This document shows positions 36,669-49,976 of a stretch of DNA of 64,000 nucleotides, piece after piece. The notes beneath the pieces are model-generated. The model was not told the origin of the DNA. It saw nothing but the letters and a program-made list of their open reading frames with translations, and searched no databases. Made by a program: the position numbers and the translations under genes. Source of the DNA: Tubulanus polymorphus. Taxonomy: Eukaryota; Animalia; Nemertea. Numbering within the stretch: the stretch's first letter is position 1; every line of letters begins with the position of its first letter. Location: assembly GCF_964204645.1 (NCBI RefSeq), contig NC_134033.1:2624131-2688130 (forward strand). Direction: 5' to 3'.

Positions 36669-37893
36669 GGCGACGATTCCCTTCAAAAATACTGTTTGTA
36701 TAAGGACGATTCCGCCTACTGTACGACGGTCGAAACATTGTCCCCGTTTCATATAAGACTGAAGAAATATTTCAATTCAAAAAAACGAGCGCGAAGTAAA
36801 AAATGCGGTGAAATTCATCATTTGCCGATCGAAAAATAGAAACTCTACTTACCAAACAATCATTAATTGCCAACAACTTTCAGACTTCCGCGCGCACTTC
36901 CTTTTATGGTTTCGGATTCAGTTGATGAGATAATCCCGAGTCTAATTTCCTCAAGTTATGGAGAGTAAACGCGAGCGAACTTTAAACATGTATATTCCGA
37001 TATGTTAAATCGCTTGTCGTGTGGACTGAACACCGCGGGAACAACATTGAATAACACCGCGTCAAAATTAACTATATTCGAAGTTGAGAACACTGAAATT
37101 GTACGCGTGATTCAAGAAGTCGTCAGTTATTTGCAAATTAGCGAAATGAATTTCATATCCCTGAAAACTAGAGATTAACGCGGTTTTGCATGTGACCAGT
37201 TTGAAAATAGTTTTTTAAATCGATCTCGGGACCGATGAAATAAATATGAAGCAACTCGTGACACAAATATTTTCTTAAAAGAAACGGCCCAAAAAACAGG
37301 GTCCAGTTCGACAGTCATGAGTTAGAGTTAACTCTGAGTTAAATAAAGTCAGTTCATTTTCAATGAGTTAACTCTGAGCCAGGTACTGGATCAAGGACAA
37401 TATACCCTAACAAAAGGCGGCTAGCAACTTGATTGAAAATGGTTACAAAAACTTATATCCAATGCGCGCTCATTCAAATATTTACTTGGCCATCTCTATC
37501 TAAACTGTCCGTACATTTGTTGCGAGGTTCCAGTTTATCGCAAAACGTCATAAACGTTCTAGGAAGGACAGTGTTCTGTGTCGTGGTTCGTGTAGTTGAA
37601 TGCAGCGGTGAAAGATATATGAGGGACTGGTACAAAGTGACCGGTCACCTGTTTATTGTAATGCGACAAACACGACCGAGCATCTGGCGAAACCCAGTGT
37701 GGCGAAAACGCGGCCGATTTCAAACTCGTGAAAACATCTTTAAAAATTGTCAAGATAGGCTCAATATTTCTTGTATATTGATTATGAATCAATTTTCAAC
37801 CACGTGTGACCGTTATAACGACAGTTGGGGTAACATCAATCACGATGGATCATCCAGATGTTACTCCATGCCTCGTAGCGAACTTGACGACAA

Positions 37894-37966
37894 GCCTCCA
37901 AAGCTCAGGGGTTAGAGCACTGGTCTTGTAAACCTGGGGTCGAGAGTTCAAATCTCTCTGGGGGCA
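37894..37966 (+). pseudogene. tRNA-Thr(TGT), likely defective
   Basis: U8>A and anticodon-stem mismatch (ACCTG instead of ACCAG). Confidence 0.75.
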
Positions 37967-38550
37967 TGGCTGCAATTTTTTTCGCGAAATGGATCCTCGG
38001 ACGCTGGTGATTCAAAAAAAACTAGGGGTTTGATTTGTAAAACCTATCGGAAATCGAAGCACGGACAGTTGGATTGATTGGTTCTGGATATTCAAAGTTA
38101 AGCTGCAGCTTTAGTAGTGAATATATATAGTTTAAATTCCTCTCATATTGTCGCATCAAACCACGAAATAGAACATGTTATATGTATATACATATTTCTG
38201 CGCGTGATTTCAAAAAAGATTCACGACGAGAAATATGTTCACAGTTCGTCTGTAATTTGCATGTTGCTGCATAAAGCCGACAGATTCGAAGCGCGTTCAA
38301 CAACCATGTACGGAAAAAACAGGGAGTGTCAATTTAGAGAGCTTACCGGCAGTCTGACGTAAGGGAGTGAGAGAGGGAGGAGAGAGGAAGTAGAGAGTTG
38401 GAGAGAGAGAGGGAAAGAGAGAGGAAGGAGAGAGAGATGGCAGAGTGAGGGAGAGATATCGTAAACTCGATGATACGTAGAACTGAATCCGTTGACGCGA
38501 AGGAGGAAAACTTCAGGTTATTTCTCAAACGCTCGTGAGATTTATATACG

Positions 38551-39794
38551 ATGAGAAATTTTACGCTGTCGCCGCTACCGCAGCTACTACCGACACGACA
38601 GCTACTACCGACACGCAGCTACTACCGACACGGCCGCCACCTTCGCTGCCAATGCCGCAGTTTATCAGGGCTTTCAATAAATTTCTCTACGAAAACAATG
38701 TTTTTAGGCGCGTTGATATCGCTGAAGTATTGTTCCTGTATCCGCTGGGAAGCGTGTTCAACTTTCTGACGATCATTTCACTGATAAAGTGTCGCAGATA
38801 TCAGTCAGTTCGTTACACGTTCCCCTACCTCATAACACTAGCGTTTTCGGATCAACTTGTCGTGTTGTTTGGTTTAAGGAAATTCGCGAACACCATTGTG
38901 TCAATCCTAACCCGTGGATTAGGATACTATCCGGAATGTAAAAGTTGGACTCTACTTGGGCGTCAAAAGGGCATCGCATCATGTCCATCGATTTACTATT
39001 ATTGGCATTATTTCTATCGTGTAATTGAACGGTATACTCCGGTTTGTTACATCGATAATTTGTTCAATAATCAAGCGATCACTGTGTCTAATTATATCAT
39101 CGTTGTGATTTCTATCGAGAGATTTGTCTCCGTTCGTTTTCCTTTTCTTCACATGCAACATTTCACAGGAACTCGACGTAGATTTGCCGTAATAATTGTA
39201 GTCGCTTTTGCCGTCATTTTAAACTTGGATTTACCGATATTTAATCGAATTAGGTTATCAAAGATTGGCTTATACTTATGTAGTTATAATAATCCCGACA
39301 ACACTCTCATGGTTCGTACACACAGATCTGTTGCGGTATTTATTCGGGATATAGTCCCGGCTTTAATTGTATTAACAACATCAGTGGCAACTGCTAGAAT
39401 TCGCCGGGGAGGTAAAACACGTATTGGCGCCTCAGTCGGCAACAGTCGTCATAAAACTGAAACCAGTAAAACACTTCTACTAATAGTTCTTGTTTATCTG
39501 GTACTAGTAATGCCATACGCTATATGTGACTGTACGGACAAGTTGGCCATTTTGGTGTCCTCGTTAGCGCGTCGAATAAATGGCTTCAAAATCACTTTTA
39601 GAGAAACCCCCATCATTTTCTTCTTTGTTAGGATACTGTGGAATATATTAGCCCGGATATTAACGTTTCCTCGACAGTGCGTTTTCTGCGTGAATTTCTT
39701 TATATACGTAACAACGCTGAGAGTTTTCCGACACAAACTTGTCGGTGTTTTCCGCTGCAACTGTCGCCGAACGGTTCCGCGTCAGTCCCAGTAG
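38551..39794 (+). pseudogene. GPCR with a 1-bp frameshift in the N-terminal 18-bp repeat; possibly rescued by the in-frame ATG at 38652
   Basis: ACACGCAGCT at 38611 versus ACACGACAGCT in paralogues; MPQFIRAF... is open to 39794. Confidence 0.75.
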
Positions 39795-40924
39795 CTCAGT
39801 GGGGTAAGGCGAGATGCATTCACTATCAGTATTGAGCGGCATCGGGTTCGAGTTCTGCTGCCTGCTTATAGCGTGTGCGGGCTTCGAGTCCTGCTGGCTG
39901 CTTATAGAGTGTGCGGGCAACACTTCGCAGACCTTGGTCCGGTCGGGATAGAATCTCGGGGGGGGGGGGGGGCAGACTTGGGAAAACCAATCCGGTGTTG
40001 AATCACAAATCCAGCTTCCCATCCTAATGTAAACGATGGTAATAATTAACCCAACAGGGTTAGTGTGGTGAAATTAAGATCCAACTGACGTAAAGCGCTG
40101 AGGTACAAGCAGGTTCTAGTCCTGCTGGCTGTGTACAGTGTACGGGTCCTTAATCCCATCCTGAAGGAAAACCGTGTTAAATGAACCCAACAGGGTTAGT
40201 ATGTGGTGAAACCAAGATCCAACTCTAAAGCAAGATGAACTCTTATTTGAAATAAAACTTTATTAATATCACTAAAACTGTACCATTTAATCAATTCTCT
40301 TCACTTGATATTAATGTTGTTGAAACTTTAAACAAGAAAACTAACTAACTCAGTTTATTGAAGCCTTGAACGATAAAATGCATTGCTTAATATTGTCGAA
40401 AATGAATTACTGAGCGTTTTTGTTAAAAACAGGGCGGATTTGACGAAAATATGGTCAATATACCAGGTCTAAACCGCATCTGCGGTGCATATCGCATTCA
40501 GATTTCAATGGTCACATTTAGGTAGTGAATTTATATCGACAATTTAATGTTGTCCTAATTGCGATCGAAATTCATTTTAAAGAAGACATAGAAATTCATC
40601 AGATAGAAAATAATATTCGGGCCACATTCAGCAAGATACGACGCTCGATAATCACTAATCATTTTTTTTTTACATTTTTACACTATTCGTTTTAACGCCA
40701 CGTTACAACCAACCTTTCGGGGAGACCAACTCAAAAAATCAAACGAAATCATCGACCAATCAAATAAATTATAGGGTCAATCCGTATTTTAATATATAGA
40801 AAGAATTAGCCTTTCGTTTTTACTTCGAATCAGCAAATATGGTTTCAACAAAAAAAAACAGGTTAAACCCGAAAAGACCACGTTACAACGAACAACTGAT
40901 CTTTCTTAAAATTTTTAAGTAGTG

Positions 40925-41457
40925 ACCACGAGTTCTACTGTAGTCATTACAGTAATATTGACAACACTGTCATGGTTCAAATATACAGATCTGTTGCGGT
41001 ATTTATTCGGGATATAGTCCCGGCTTTGATTGTAGTAACAACATCAGTGGCAACTGCTAGAATTCGCCGGGGAGGTAAAACACGTATTGGCGCCTCAGTC
41101 GGCAACAGTCGTCATAAAACTGAAACCAGTAAAACACTCCTACTAATACTTCTTGTTTATCTGGTACTAGTTCTACCATACGCTATATGTGACTGTACGG
41201 ACAAGTTGGCCAGTTTGGTGTCCTCGTTAGTGCAGAAAATTAATGGCTTCAAAATCACTTTTAGAACAACCCCCATCATTTTCTTCTTTGTTAGGATGCT
41301 GTGGAATATATTAGCCCGGATATTAACGCTTCCTCGACAGTGCGTTTTCTGCGTGAATTTCTTTATATACGTAACAACGCTGAAAGTTTTCCGACACAAA
41401 CTTGTCGGTGTTTTCCGCTGTAACTGTCGCCGAACGGTTCCGAGTCAGTCCCAGTAG
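40925..41457 (+). pseudogene. 5'-truncated GPCR (ECL2 to C-terminus)
   Basis: Same deletion junction as 9992. Confidence 0.9.
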
Positions 41458-43483
41458 TCAGTGGGATAAGGCGAGATGCATTCACTATCAGTGTTGAGCG
41501 GTATCGGGTTCGAGTCCTGCTGCCTGCTTATAGTGTGTGCGGGCTTCGAGTCCTGCTGGCTGCTTATAGAGTGTGCGGGCAACACTTCGCGGACCTTGGT
41601 CCCGTCGGAATAGAATCTCGGGGGGGGGGGGCAGTCTTGGGAAAACCAATCCGGTGTTGAATCACAAATCCAGCTTCCCATCCTAATGTAAACGATAGTA
41701 ATAATTAACCCAACAGGGTTAGTGTGGTGAAATTAAGATCCAACTGACGTAAAGCGCTGAGTTACAAGCAGGTTCTAGTCCTGCTGGCTGTGTACAGTGT
41801 ACGGGGCCTTAATCCCATCCTGAAGGTAAACCGTGTTAAATGAACCCAACAGGGTTAGTATGTGGTGAAACCAAGATCCAACTCTAAAGCAAGATAAACT
41901 CTTATTTGAAATAAAACGTTATTAATATCGCTAAAACTGTACCATTTAATCAATTCTCTTCACTTGATATTAATGTTGTTGAAGCTTTAAACAAGAAAAC
42001 TAACTAGCTCAGTTTATTGAAGCCTTGAACGATAAAATGCATTGCTTAATATTGTCGAAAATGAATTACTGAGCGTTTTTGTTAAAAACAGGGCGGATTT
42101 GACGAAAATATGGTCAATATACCAGGTCTAAACCGCATCTGCGGTGCATATCGCATTCAGATTTCGATGGTCACATTTAGGTAGTGAATTTATATCGACA
42201 ATTCAATGTTGTCCTAATTGCGATCGAAATTCATTTTAAAGAAGACATAAAAATTCATCAGATAGAAAATAATATTCGGGCCACATTCAACAAGATACGA
42301 CGCTCGATAATCACTAATCATTTTTTTTTTTACATTTTTACACTATTCGTTTTAACGCCACGTTACAACCAACCTTTCGGGGAGACCAACTCAAAAAAAT
42401 CAAACGAAATCATCGACCAATCAAATAAATTATAGGGTCAATCCGTATTTTAATATATAGAAAGAATTAGCCTTTCGTTTTTACTGCGAATCAGCAAATA
42501 TGGTTTCAACAAAACAAAAACAAGTTAAACCCGAAAAGACCACGTTACAACGAACAACTGATCTTTCTTAAAATTTTTAAGTAGTGATTGACCCTGAAGT
42601 TCATTTAATTGATAGATTTCGCTTGATTTGTTTCGATTTGATCGGTGTCCCTTACAGACCCACCCACGACACCTGCCGGGAACGAAACAGGGGGTTCGAA
42701 TTAGAAATCAGCAATCGAAGTACAGATATAGTTGGCGATATATATCCGATCGGTTGTCGGATTTACAGAATTTTTTCGTTTAAATCGGAGTTCGTAATTG
42801 GAACTGGTTTAAACATGGCTCAAAACGAGAAAAATGTGGCGTTATGGCGGCTAGAAACTTTAAAACGGTTACTGAATCTTACATTCAACGCGCGCTCTTT
42901 CAGTTACTTTTTACTTTCTTGGTCATATCTCTGTAAACTAGCTGTCAATAAATTTGTTGCGAAGTTAGACATTTTTCGCGAAATGGATCCTCGGACACAC
43001 TGGTGATTCAAAGAGTTTCCGATTGCGACAACAAGAAACTAGGGTTTGGATTTTGAAAATCGATCGGAAATCGAAGCACGGATAGCTGGACGTTTTAGCA
43101 TTGGTTCTGGATATTCAAAGTTATGCTGCAGCTTTAGTAGTGAATATATATAGTTTAAATTCCTTTCATATTGTCGCATCAAACCACGAAATAGAACATG
43201 TTATATGTATATACATATTTCTGCGCGTGATTTCAAAAATAATACACGACGAGAAATATGTTCACAGTTCGTCTGTAATTTGCATGTTGCTGCATAAAGC
43301 CGACAGATTCGAAGCGCGTTCGACAACCATGTACGGAAAAAAACAGGGAGTGTCAATCTAAAGAGCTTACCGGCAGTCTGACGTGAGGGAATGAGAGAGG
43401 GAGGAGAGATATTGTAAACTCGATGCTACGTAGAACTGAATCAGTTGACGCGAAGGAGGAAAACAAGTGATTTCTCAAACGCG

Positions 43484-44683
43484 ATGAGAAACTTTACGCT
43501 ACCGACGCGGCCGCCACCTCCGACACCGCCGCCGTTTATCATGGCTTTCGTATATTTTCTCAACGAATACAATGTTGTATGGCGCGTTAAAAACGCTGAA
43601 GTATTGTTCCTGTATCCGCTGGGAAGCGTGTTCAACTTTCTGACGATCATTTTACTGATAAAGTGTCGCAGATTTCAGTCAGTTCGTTACACGTTCCCCT
43701 ATCTCATAACTATAGCGTTTTCGGATCAACTTGTCGTATTGTTTGGTTTAAGATCATTCGCCGACACCATCGTGTTATCCATTACCCGTGGATTAGGATA
43801 CTATCCGGAATGCAAGAGTTGGACTCTACTTGGGCGTCAAAAGGGCATCGCATCATGTCCATCGATTTACTATTATTGGCATTATTTCTATCGTGTAATT
43901 GAACGGAATACTCCGGTTTGTTACATCGATAATTTGTTCAATAATCAAGCGATCACTGTGTCTAATTATATCATTGTTGTGATTTCTATTGAGAGATTTG
44001 TCTCCGTTCGTTTTCCTTTTTTTCACATGCAACATTTCACAGAAACTCGCCGTAGATTCGCCATCCTAATTGTGATCGTTTTTGCGACCGTTTTGAACTT
44101 GGATCTGCCGATAATATATCGAATTAGGTTAATAAAAAGGAATGATGGTGGCTTCTATGAGTTCTACTGTAGTTATAATGATCCTGACATTATTTTAACG
44201 GTTCAAACATACAGATCTGTTGCGGTATTTATTCGGGATATAGTCCCGGCTTTCATTGTAGTAACAACATCAGTGGCAACTGCTAGAATTCGCCGGGGAG
44301 GTAAAACACGTATTGGCGCCTCAGTCGGCAACAGTCGTCATAAAACTGAAACCAGTAAAACACTTCTACTAATAGTTCTTGTTTATCTGGTACTAGTAAT
44401 GCCATACGCTATATGTGACTGTACGAACAAGTTGGGCAGTTTGGTGTCCTTGTTAGTGCAGAGAATTAATGGCTCCAAAACCAATCGTAGAGAAACCCCC
44501 ATCATTCGATTCTTTGTTAGGATGCTGTGGAATATATTAGCCCGGATATTAACGTTTCCTCGACAGTGCGTTTTCAGCGTGAATTTCTTTATATACGTAA
44601 CAACACAGAGAGTTTTCCGACGCAAACTTGTCGGTGTTTTCCGCTGCACCTGTCGGCGAACGGTTCCGAGTCAGTCCCAGTAG
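43484..44683 (+). CDS. Class A GPCR, 399 aa
   Basis: ATG assigned by homology (MRNFTL); intact. Confidence 0.9.
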   Translation: MRNFTLPTRPPPPTPPPFIMAFVYFLNEYNVVWRVKNAEVLFLYPLGSVFNFLTIILLIKCRRFQSVRYTFPYLITIAFSDQLVVLFGLRSFADTIVLSITRGLGYYPECKSWTLLGRQKGIASCPSIYYYWHYFYRVIERNTPVCYIDNLFNNQAITVSNYIIVVISIERFVSVRFPFFHMQHFTETRRRFAILIVIVFATVLNLDLPIIYRIRLIKRNDGGFYEFYCSYNDPDIILTVQTYRSVAVFIRDIVPAFIVVTTSVATARIRRGGKTRIGASVGNSRHKTETSKTLLLIVLVYLVLVMPYAICDCTNKLGSLVSLLVQRINGSKTNRRETPIIRFFVRMLWNILARILTFPRQCVFSVNFFIYVTTQRVFRRKLVGVFRCTCRRTVPSQSQ

Positions 44684-46735
44684 TCAGTGGGATAAGGCGA
44701 GATGCATTCACTATCAGTGTTGAACGGCATCGGGTTCGAGTCCTACTGCCTGCTTATAGCGTGTGCGGGCTTCGAGTCCTGCTGGCTGCTCATAGAGTGT
44801 GCGGGCAACACTTCGCAGACCTTGGTCCCGTCGGGATAGAATCTCGGGGGGGGGGGGGGCAGTCTTGGGAAAACCAATCCGGTGTTGAATCACAAATCAA
44901 GCTTCCCATCCTAATGTAAACGATGGTAATAATTAACCCAACAGGGTTAGTGTGGTGAAATTAAGATCCAACTGACGTAAAGCGCTGAGTTACAAGCAGG
45001 TTCTAGTCCTGCTGGCTGTGTACAGTGTACGGGGCCTTAATCCCATCCTGAAGGTAAACCGTGTTAAATGAACCCAACAGGGTTAGTATGTGGTGAAACC
45101 AAGATCCAACTCTAAAGCAAGACAAACACTAATTTGAAATAAAACGTTATCAATATCACTAAAACTGTACCATTTAATCAATTCTCTTCACTTGATATTA
45201 ATGTTGTTGAAGCTTTAAACAAGAAAACTAACTAACTCAGTTTATTGAAGCCTTAAACGATAAAATGCATTGCTTTATATTGTCGATAATGAATAACTGA
45301 GCGTTTGTGTTAAAACAGGGGGATTAAACGAATATGATACCAGGACTCAACTACATCGGCGGTGCATGTCGTATTCAGATTTCACACTGGTTGCATTTTG
45401 GTAGTAAATTTATATCGAATATTCAATTCAATGTTGTCCTAATTGCGATCGAAATTCATCTTAAAGAGAACATAAAAATTCATCAGAAAGACAATAAGAT
45501 TCGGGCCATATTAAATAAGATACGACACTCGACCTTCACTAATCTTTTTTTTTACATTTTTACACTATTCGTTTTAACGCCACGTTAAAACCACCAACCT
45601 TTCGAGGAGACCAACTCAAACAAAAACAAACAAACGAAATCGACCGATCAAGTTATAGGGTCAATCCGTATTTTCAGATGAAGAAAATTCTAACCTATCG
45701 TTTTTTACTGCGAATTAAGAAAATATCGTTTCAATAAAAAAAACCAGGTTAAACCCGAAAAGACCACGTTACAACGAACAACTGATCTTTCTTAAAATCT
45801 TAAAGTAGTGATGAACCCTGATGTTCATTTAATTAGGTAGATTTCACTTGATTTGTTTCGATTTGATCAGTGTCCCTTACAGACCCACCCACGACAACTG
45901 CCGGGAACGAAACAGGGGGTTCGAATTAGAAATCAGCAAAGCAATCGAAGTGCAGATATAGTTGGCGATATATATCCGATCGGTTGTCGGATTTACAGAT
46001 TTTTTTCGTTTAAATCGGAGTTCGTAATTGGAACTGGTTTAAACATGGCTCAAAACGAGAAAAAATGTGGCGTCATGGCGGCTAGAAACTTTAAAACGGT
46101 TACTAAATCTTACATTCAACGAGCGCTCTTTCAGTTACTTTTTACTTACTTGGCCATATCTCTGTAAACTAACTGTCGATAAATTTGTAGCGAAGGTAGA
46201 CATTTTTCGCGAAATGGATCCTCGGACACACTGGTGGTTCAAAGAGTTTTCGATTGCGACAACAAGAAACTAAGGTTTGGATTTTGAAAATCGATCGGAA
46301 ATCGAAGCACGGATAGCTGGACGTTTTAGCATCGGTTCTGGATATTCAAAGTTATGCTGCAGCTTTAGTAGTGAATATATATAGTTTAAATTCCTTTCAT
46401 ATTGTCGCATCAAACCACGAAATAGAACATGTTATATGTATATACATATTTCTGCGCGTGATTTCAAAAATAATACACGACGAGAAATATGTTCACAGTT
46501 CGTCTGTAATTTGCATGTTGCTGCATAAAGCCGACAGATTCGAAGCGCGTTCAACAACCATGTACGGAAAAAACAGGGAGTGTCAATCTAAAGAGCTTAC
46601 CGGCAGTCTGACGTGAGGGAATGAGAGAGGGAGGAGAGATATTGTAAACTCGATGTTACGTAGAACTGAATCCGTTGACGCAAAGGAAGAAAACTTCAAG
46701 TTATTTCTCAAACGCTCGTGAGAGATTTATATACG

Positions 46736-47992
46736 ATGAGAAATTTTACGCTGCAGCCGCTACCGCAGCTACTACCGACACGACAGCTACTACCGACACG
46801 ACAGCTACTACCGACACGGCAACCACCTTCGCTGCCGCCGCCGTTTATCAGGGCTTTCGATAAATTTCTCAACGAATACAATGTTTTAATACGCGTTGAT
46901 ATCGCCGAAGTATTGTTCCTGTATCCGTTAGGAAGCGTGTTCAACTTTCTGACAATCATTTTACTGATAAAGTGTCGCAGATATCAGTCAGTTCGTTACA
47001 CGTTCCCCTATCTCATAACACTAGCGTTTTCGGATCAACTTGTCGTGTTGTTTGGTTTAAGATCATTCGCTCACACCATTGTGTTAAACATAACCCGTGG
47101 ATTAGGATACTATCCGGAATGTAAAAGTTGGACACTACTTTTGCGTCAAAAGGGCGTCGCATCATGTCCATCGATTTACTATTATTGGCATTATTTCTAT
47201 CGTGTAATTGAACGGTATACTCCGGTTTGTTACATCGATAATTTGTTCAAAAATCAAGCGATCACTGTGTCTAATTATATCATTGTTGTGATTTCTATCG
47301 AGAGATTTGTCTCCGTTCGTTTTCCTTTTTTTCACATGCAACATTTCACAGAAACACGACGTAGATTCGCCGTAATAATTGTAGTCGCTTTTGCCTTCAT
47401 TTTAAACTTGGATTTACCGATGTTTAATCGAATTAGGTTATCAAAGATTGGCTTATACTTATGTAGGTATAATAATCCCGACAACACTCTCATGGTTCAA
47501 ACATACAGATCTGTTGCGGTATTTATTCGGGATATAGTCCCGGCTTTGATTGTAGTAATAACATCAGTGGCAACTGCTAGAATTCGCCGGGGAGGTAAAA
47601 CACGTATTGGCGCCTCAGTCGGCAACAGTCGTCATAAAACTGAAACCAGTAAAACACTTCTACTAATAGTTCTTGTTTATCTGTTACTAGTAATGCCATA
47701 CGCTATATGTGACTGTACGAACAAGTTGAGCAGTTTGGTGTCCTCGTTAGTGTATAGAATTAATGGCTTTGAAATCACTTTTAGAACAACCCCGATCATT
47801 TTCTTCTTTGTTAGGATGCTGTGGGATATATTAGCCCAGATATTAACGCTTCCTCGACAGTGCGTTTTCTGCGTGAATTTCTTTATATACGTAACAACGC
47901 TGAGAGTTTTTCGACGCAAACTTGTCGGTGTTTTCCGCTGTAACTGTCGCCGAACGATTCTGAGTCAGTCCCGCGGTAGCTCAGCGGGATAA
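46736..47992 (+). CDS. Class A GPCR, 418 aa, (QLLPTR)x3
   Basis: ATG assigned by homology; intact. Confidence 0.9.
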   Translation: MRNFTLQPLPQLLPTRQLLPTRQLLPTRQPPSLPPPFIRAFDKFLNEYNVLIRVDIAEVLFLYPLGSVFNFLTIILLIKCRRYQSVRYTFPYLITLAFSDQLVVLFGLRSFAHTIVLNITRGLGYYPECKSWTLLLRQKGVASCPSIYYYWHYFYRVIERYTPVCYIDNLFKNQAITVSNYIIVVISIERFVSVRFPFFHMQHFTETRRRFAVIIVVAFAFILNLDLPMFNRIRLSKIGLYLCRYNNPDNTLMVQTYRSVAVFIRDIVPALIVVITSVATARIRRGGKTRIGASVGNSRHKTETSKTLLLIVLVYLLLVMPYAICDCTNKLSSLVSSLVYRINGFEITFRTTPIIFFFVRMLWDILAQILTLPRQCVFCVNFFIYVTTLRVFRRKLVGVFRCNCRRTILSQSRGSSAG

Positions 47993-49302
47993 GGCGACGA
48001 TTCCCTTAAAAAGTCCTAAGCTTTGTTCGTATATGGACGATTCCACACTCTGTAGGAAGGTCGAAACATTGTCTCTGTTTCATTACAAGTTAGAAGAAAT
48101 ATTTCCATTTAAAAAGCGAGCGTGAAGTAAAAAATGCAGTGAAAACAACATTTGCCGGTCAAAAATGGTTGCGCTTTAAAACAAACAGAAATCCTACTTA
48201 CCAAACAATGATTATTGCCAACGACCTTCAGACTTCTGTGCGCACTTCCTTTTATGGTTTCCAGATTCAGTTGATGAGATAATCCCGAGTCTAATTTCCT
48301 CAAGTTATGGATGGAAAACGTTAGCGAACTTTAAAAATGTATATTCCGATAAGGTAACTCGCTTGTCGTGTGGACTGAAGACCGCGGGAACAACATTGAA
48401 TAACACCGCGTCAAAATAACTATATTCGAAATTGAGAACACTGAAATTGTAGGCGTGATTCAAGAAGTCGTCAGTTGTTTTCAATCGCTCTCATGTCGCG
48501 TAGTTGCAAATTAGCGAAATGAATTTCATCTCCCTGAAAACTAGACATTAACGCGATTTTGAATGCGACCAGTTTGAAAATAGTTTTAAAAATCGATCTC
48601 GGGACCTATGAAATATAAATAAACACGTGGTACAAATATTTTCTCAAAAGAAACGGCACAACAAACAGGGTCTTGTTCGACAGTCATGAGTAAGAGTTAA
48701 CTCTGAGTTAAAATCAGTTCATTTTCAATGAGTTAACTCTGAGTCAGGTACTGAATCCAGGACAGAAGTACCCTAACAAAATGGCGGCTAGTAATTGGTT
48801 ACTAAAACTTATATCCAATGCGCGCTCATTCAAATACTTTTTCCTTACTTGGCTATCTCTATCTAAACTGTCTGTACATTTGTTGCGAGCGTCAATTTTA
48901 TTTCAAAACACCATATTATACGTTTTAGGAAGGACAGTGTTCTGTGTCGTGGTTCGTGTAGTTGAATGCAGCGGTGAAGGATATATGAGGGACTGGTACA
49001 AAGTGACCGGTCACCTGTTTATTGTAATAATGCGACAAACACGACCGAGCATCTGGCGAAACGTCCAGTGTGGCGAAAACGCGGCCGATTTTAAAAATCG
49101 CGAAAACATCTCTAAAAATTGTCAAGTCAGATTATCGAATCAAATAAACAAAGTTCTACAAGATTATTCTCAATATTTCAGGTATATTGATTATAAATCA
49201 ATTTTCAACCACGTGTGACCGTTATAACGACAGTTGGGATAACATCAATCACGACAGATCATTCAGATGTCACCCGATGCCTCGAAGCGAAATTGATGAC
49301 AA

Positions 49303-49375
49303 GCCTCCATAGCTGAGGGGTTAGAGTACTGGTCTTGTAAACCGGGGGTCGAGAGTTTAAATCTCTCTGTGGGAA
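49303..49375 (+). pseudogene. Degenerate tRNA-Thr(TGT)
   Basis: Substitutions in the D stem, T loop (TTTAAAT) and 3' acceptor strand. Confidence 0.75.
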
Positions 49376-49417
49376 TTTGTTTAGACTGGTGGTTCAAAGA
49401 GTTGTCGATTGCGGGAA

Positions 49418-49480
49418 TGAACGCTAGGGGTCGACTGTGAACGCTAGGGGTCGACTGTGAACGCTAGGGGTCGACTGTGA
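49418..49480 (+). repeat. 20-bp tandem repeat x3 (ACGCTAGGGGTCGACTGTGA)
   Basis: Directly visible; found only in this spacer. Confidence 0.9.
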
Positions 49481-49542
49481 AAATCGAAGTGCGTATAGCG
49501 AGAAGCTATACGTATAAAGTGATGATGTAGGTTTAATGGTGA

Positions 49543-49693
<151 letters not shown>

Positions 49694-49976
49694 ACATATA
49701 GTTAAATTCCTCTCATATTGTCGCATGTATATACATATATCTGCGTGTGATTTAAAAAAAAAAATACACGACGAGAAATATGTTCACCGTTCGTCTGTAA
49801 TTTGCATGTTGCTGCATAAAGCCGACAGATTCGAAGTGCATTTAACTACCATGTACGGGAAAAACAGGGAGTGTCAATCTAAAGAGCTTATCGGTGGAGA
49901 GATATCGTAAACTCGATGCTACGTAGAACTGAATCAGTTGATGCGAAGGAGGAAAACAAGTTATTTCTCAAACGCG

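Noticed and set aside
49418-49480. CRISPR-like array
   Set aside because: Contiguous repeats without spacers, no cas genes, eukaryotic context
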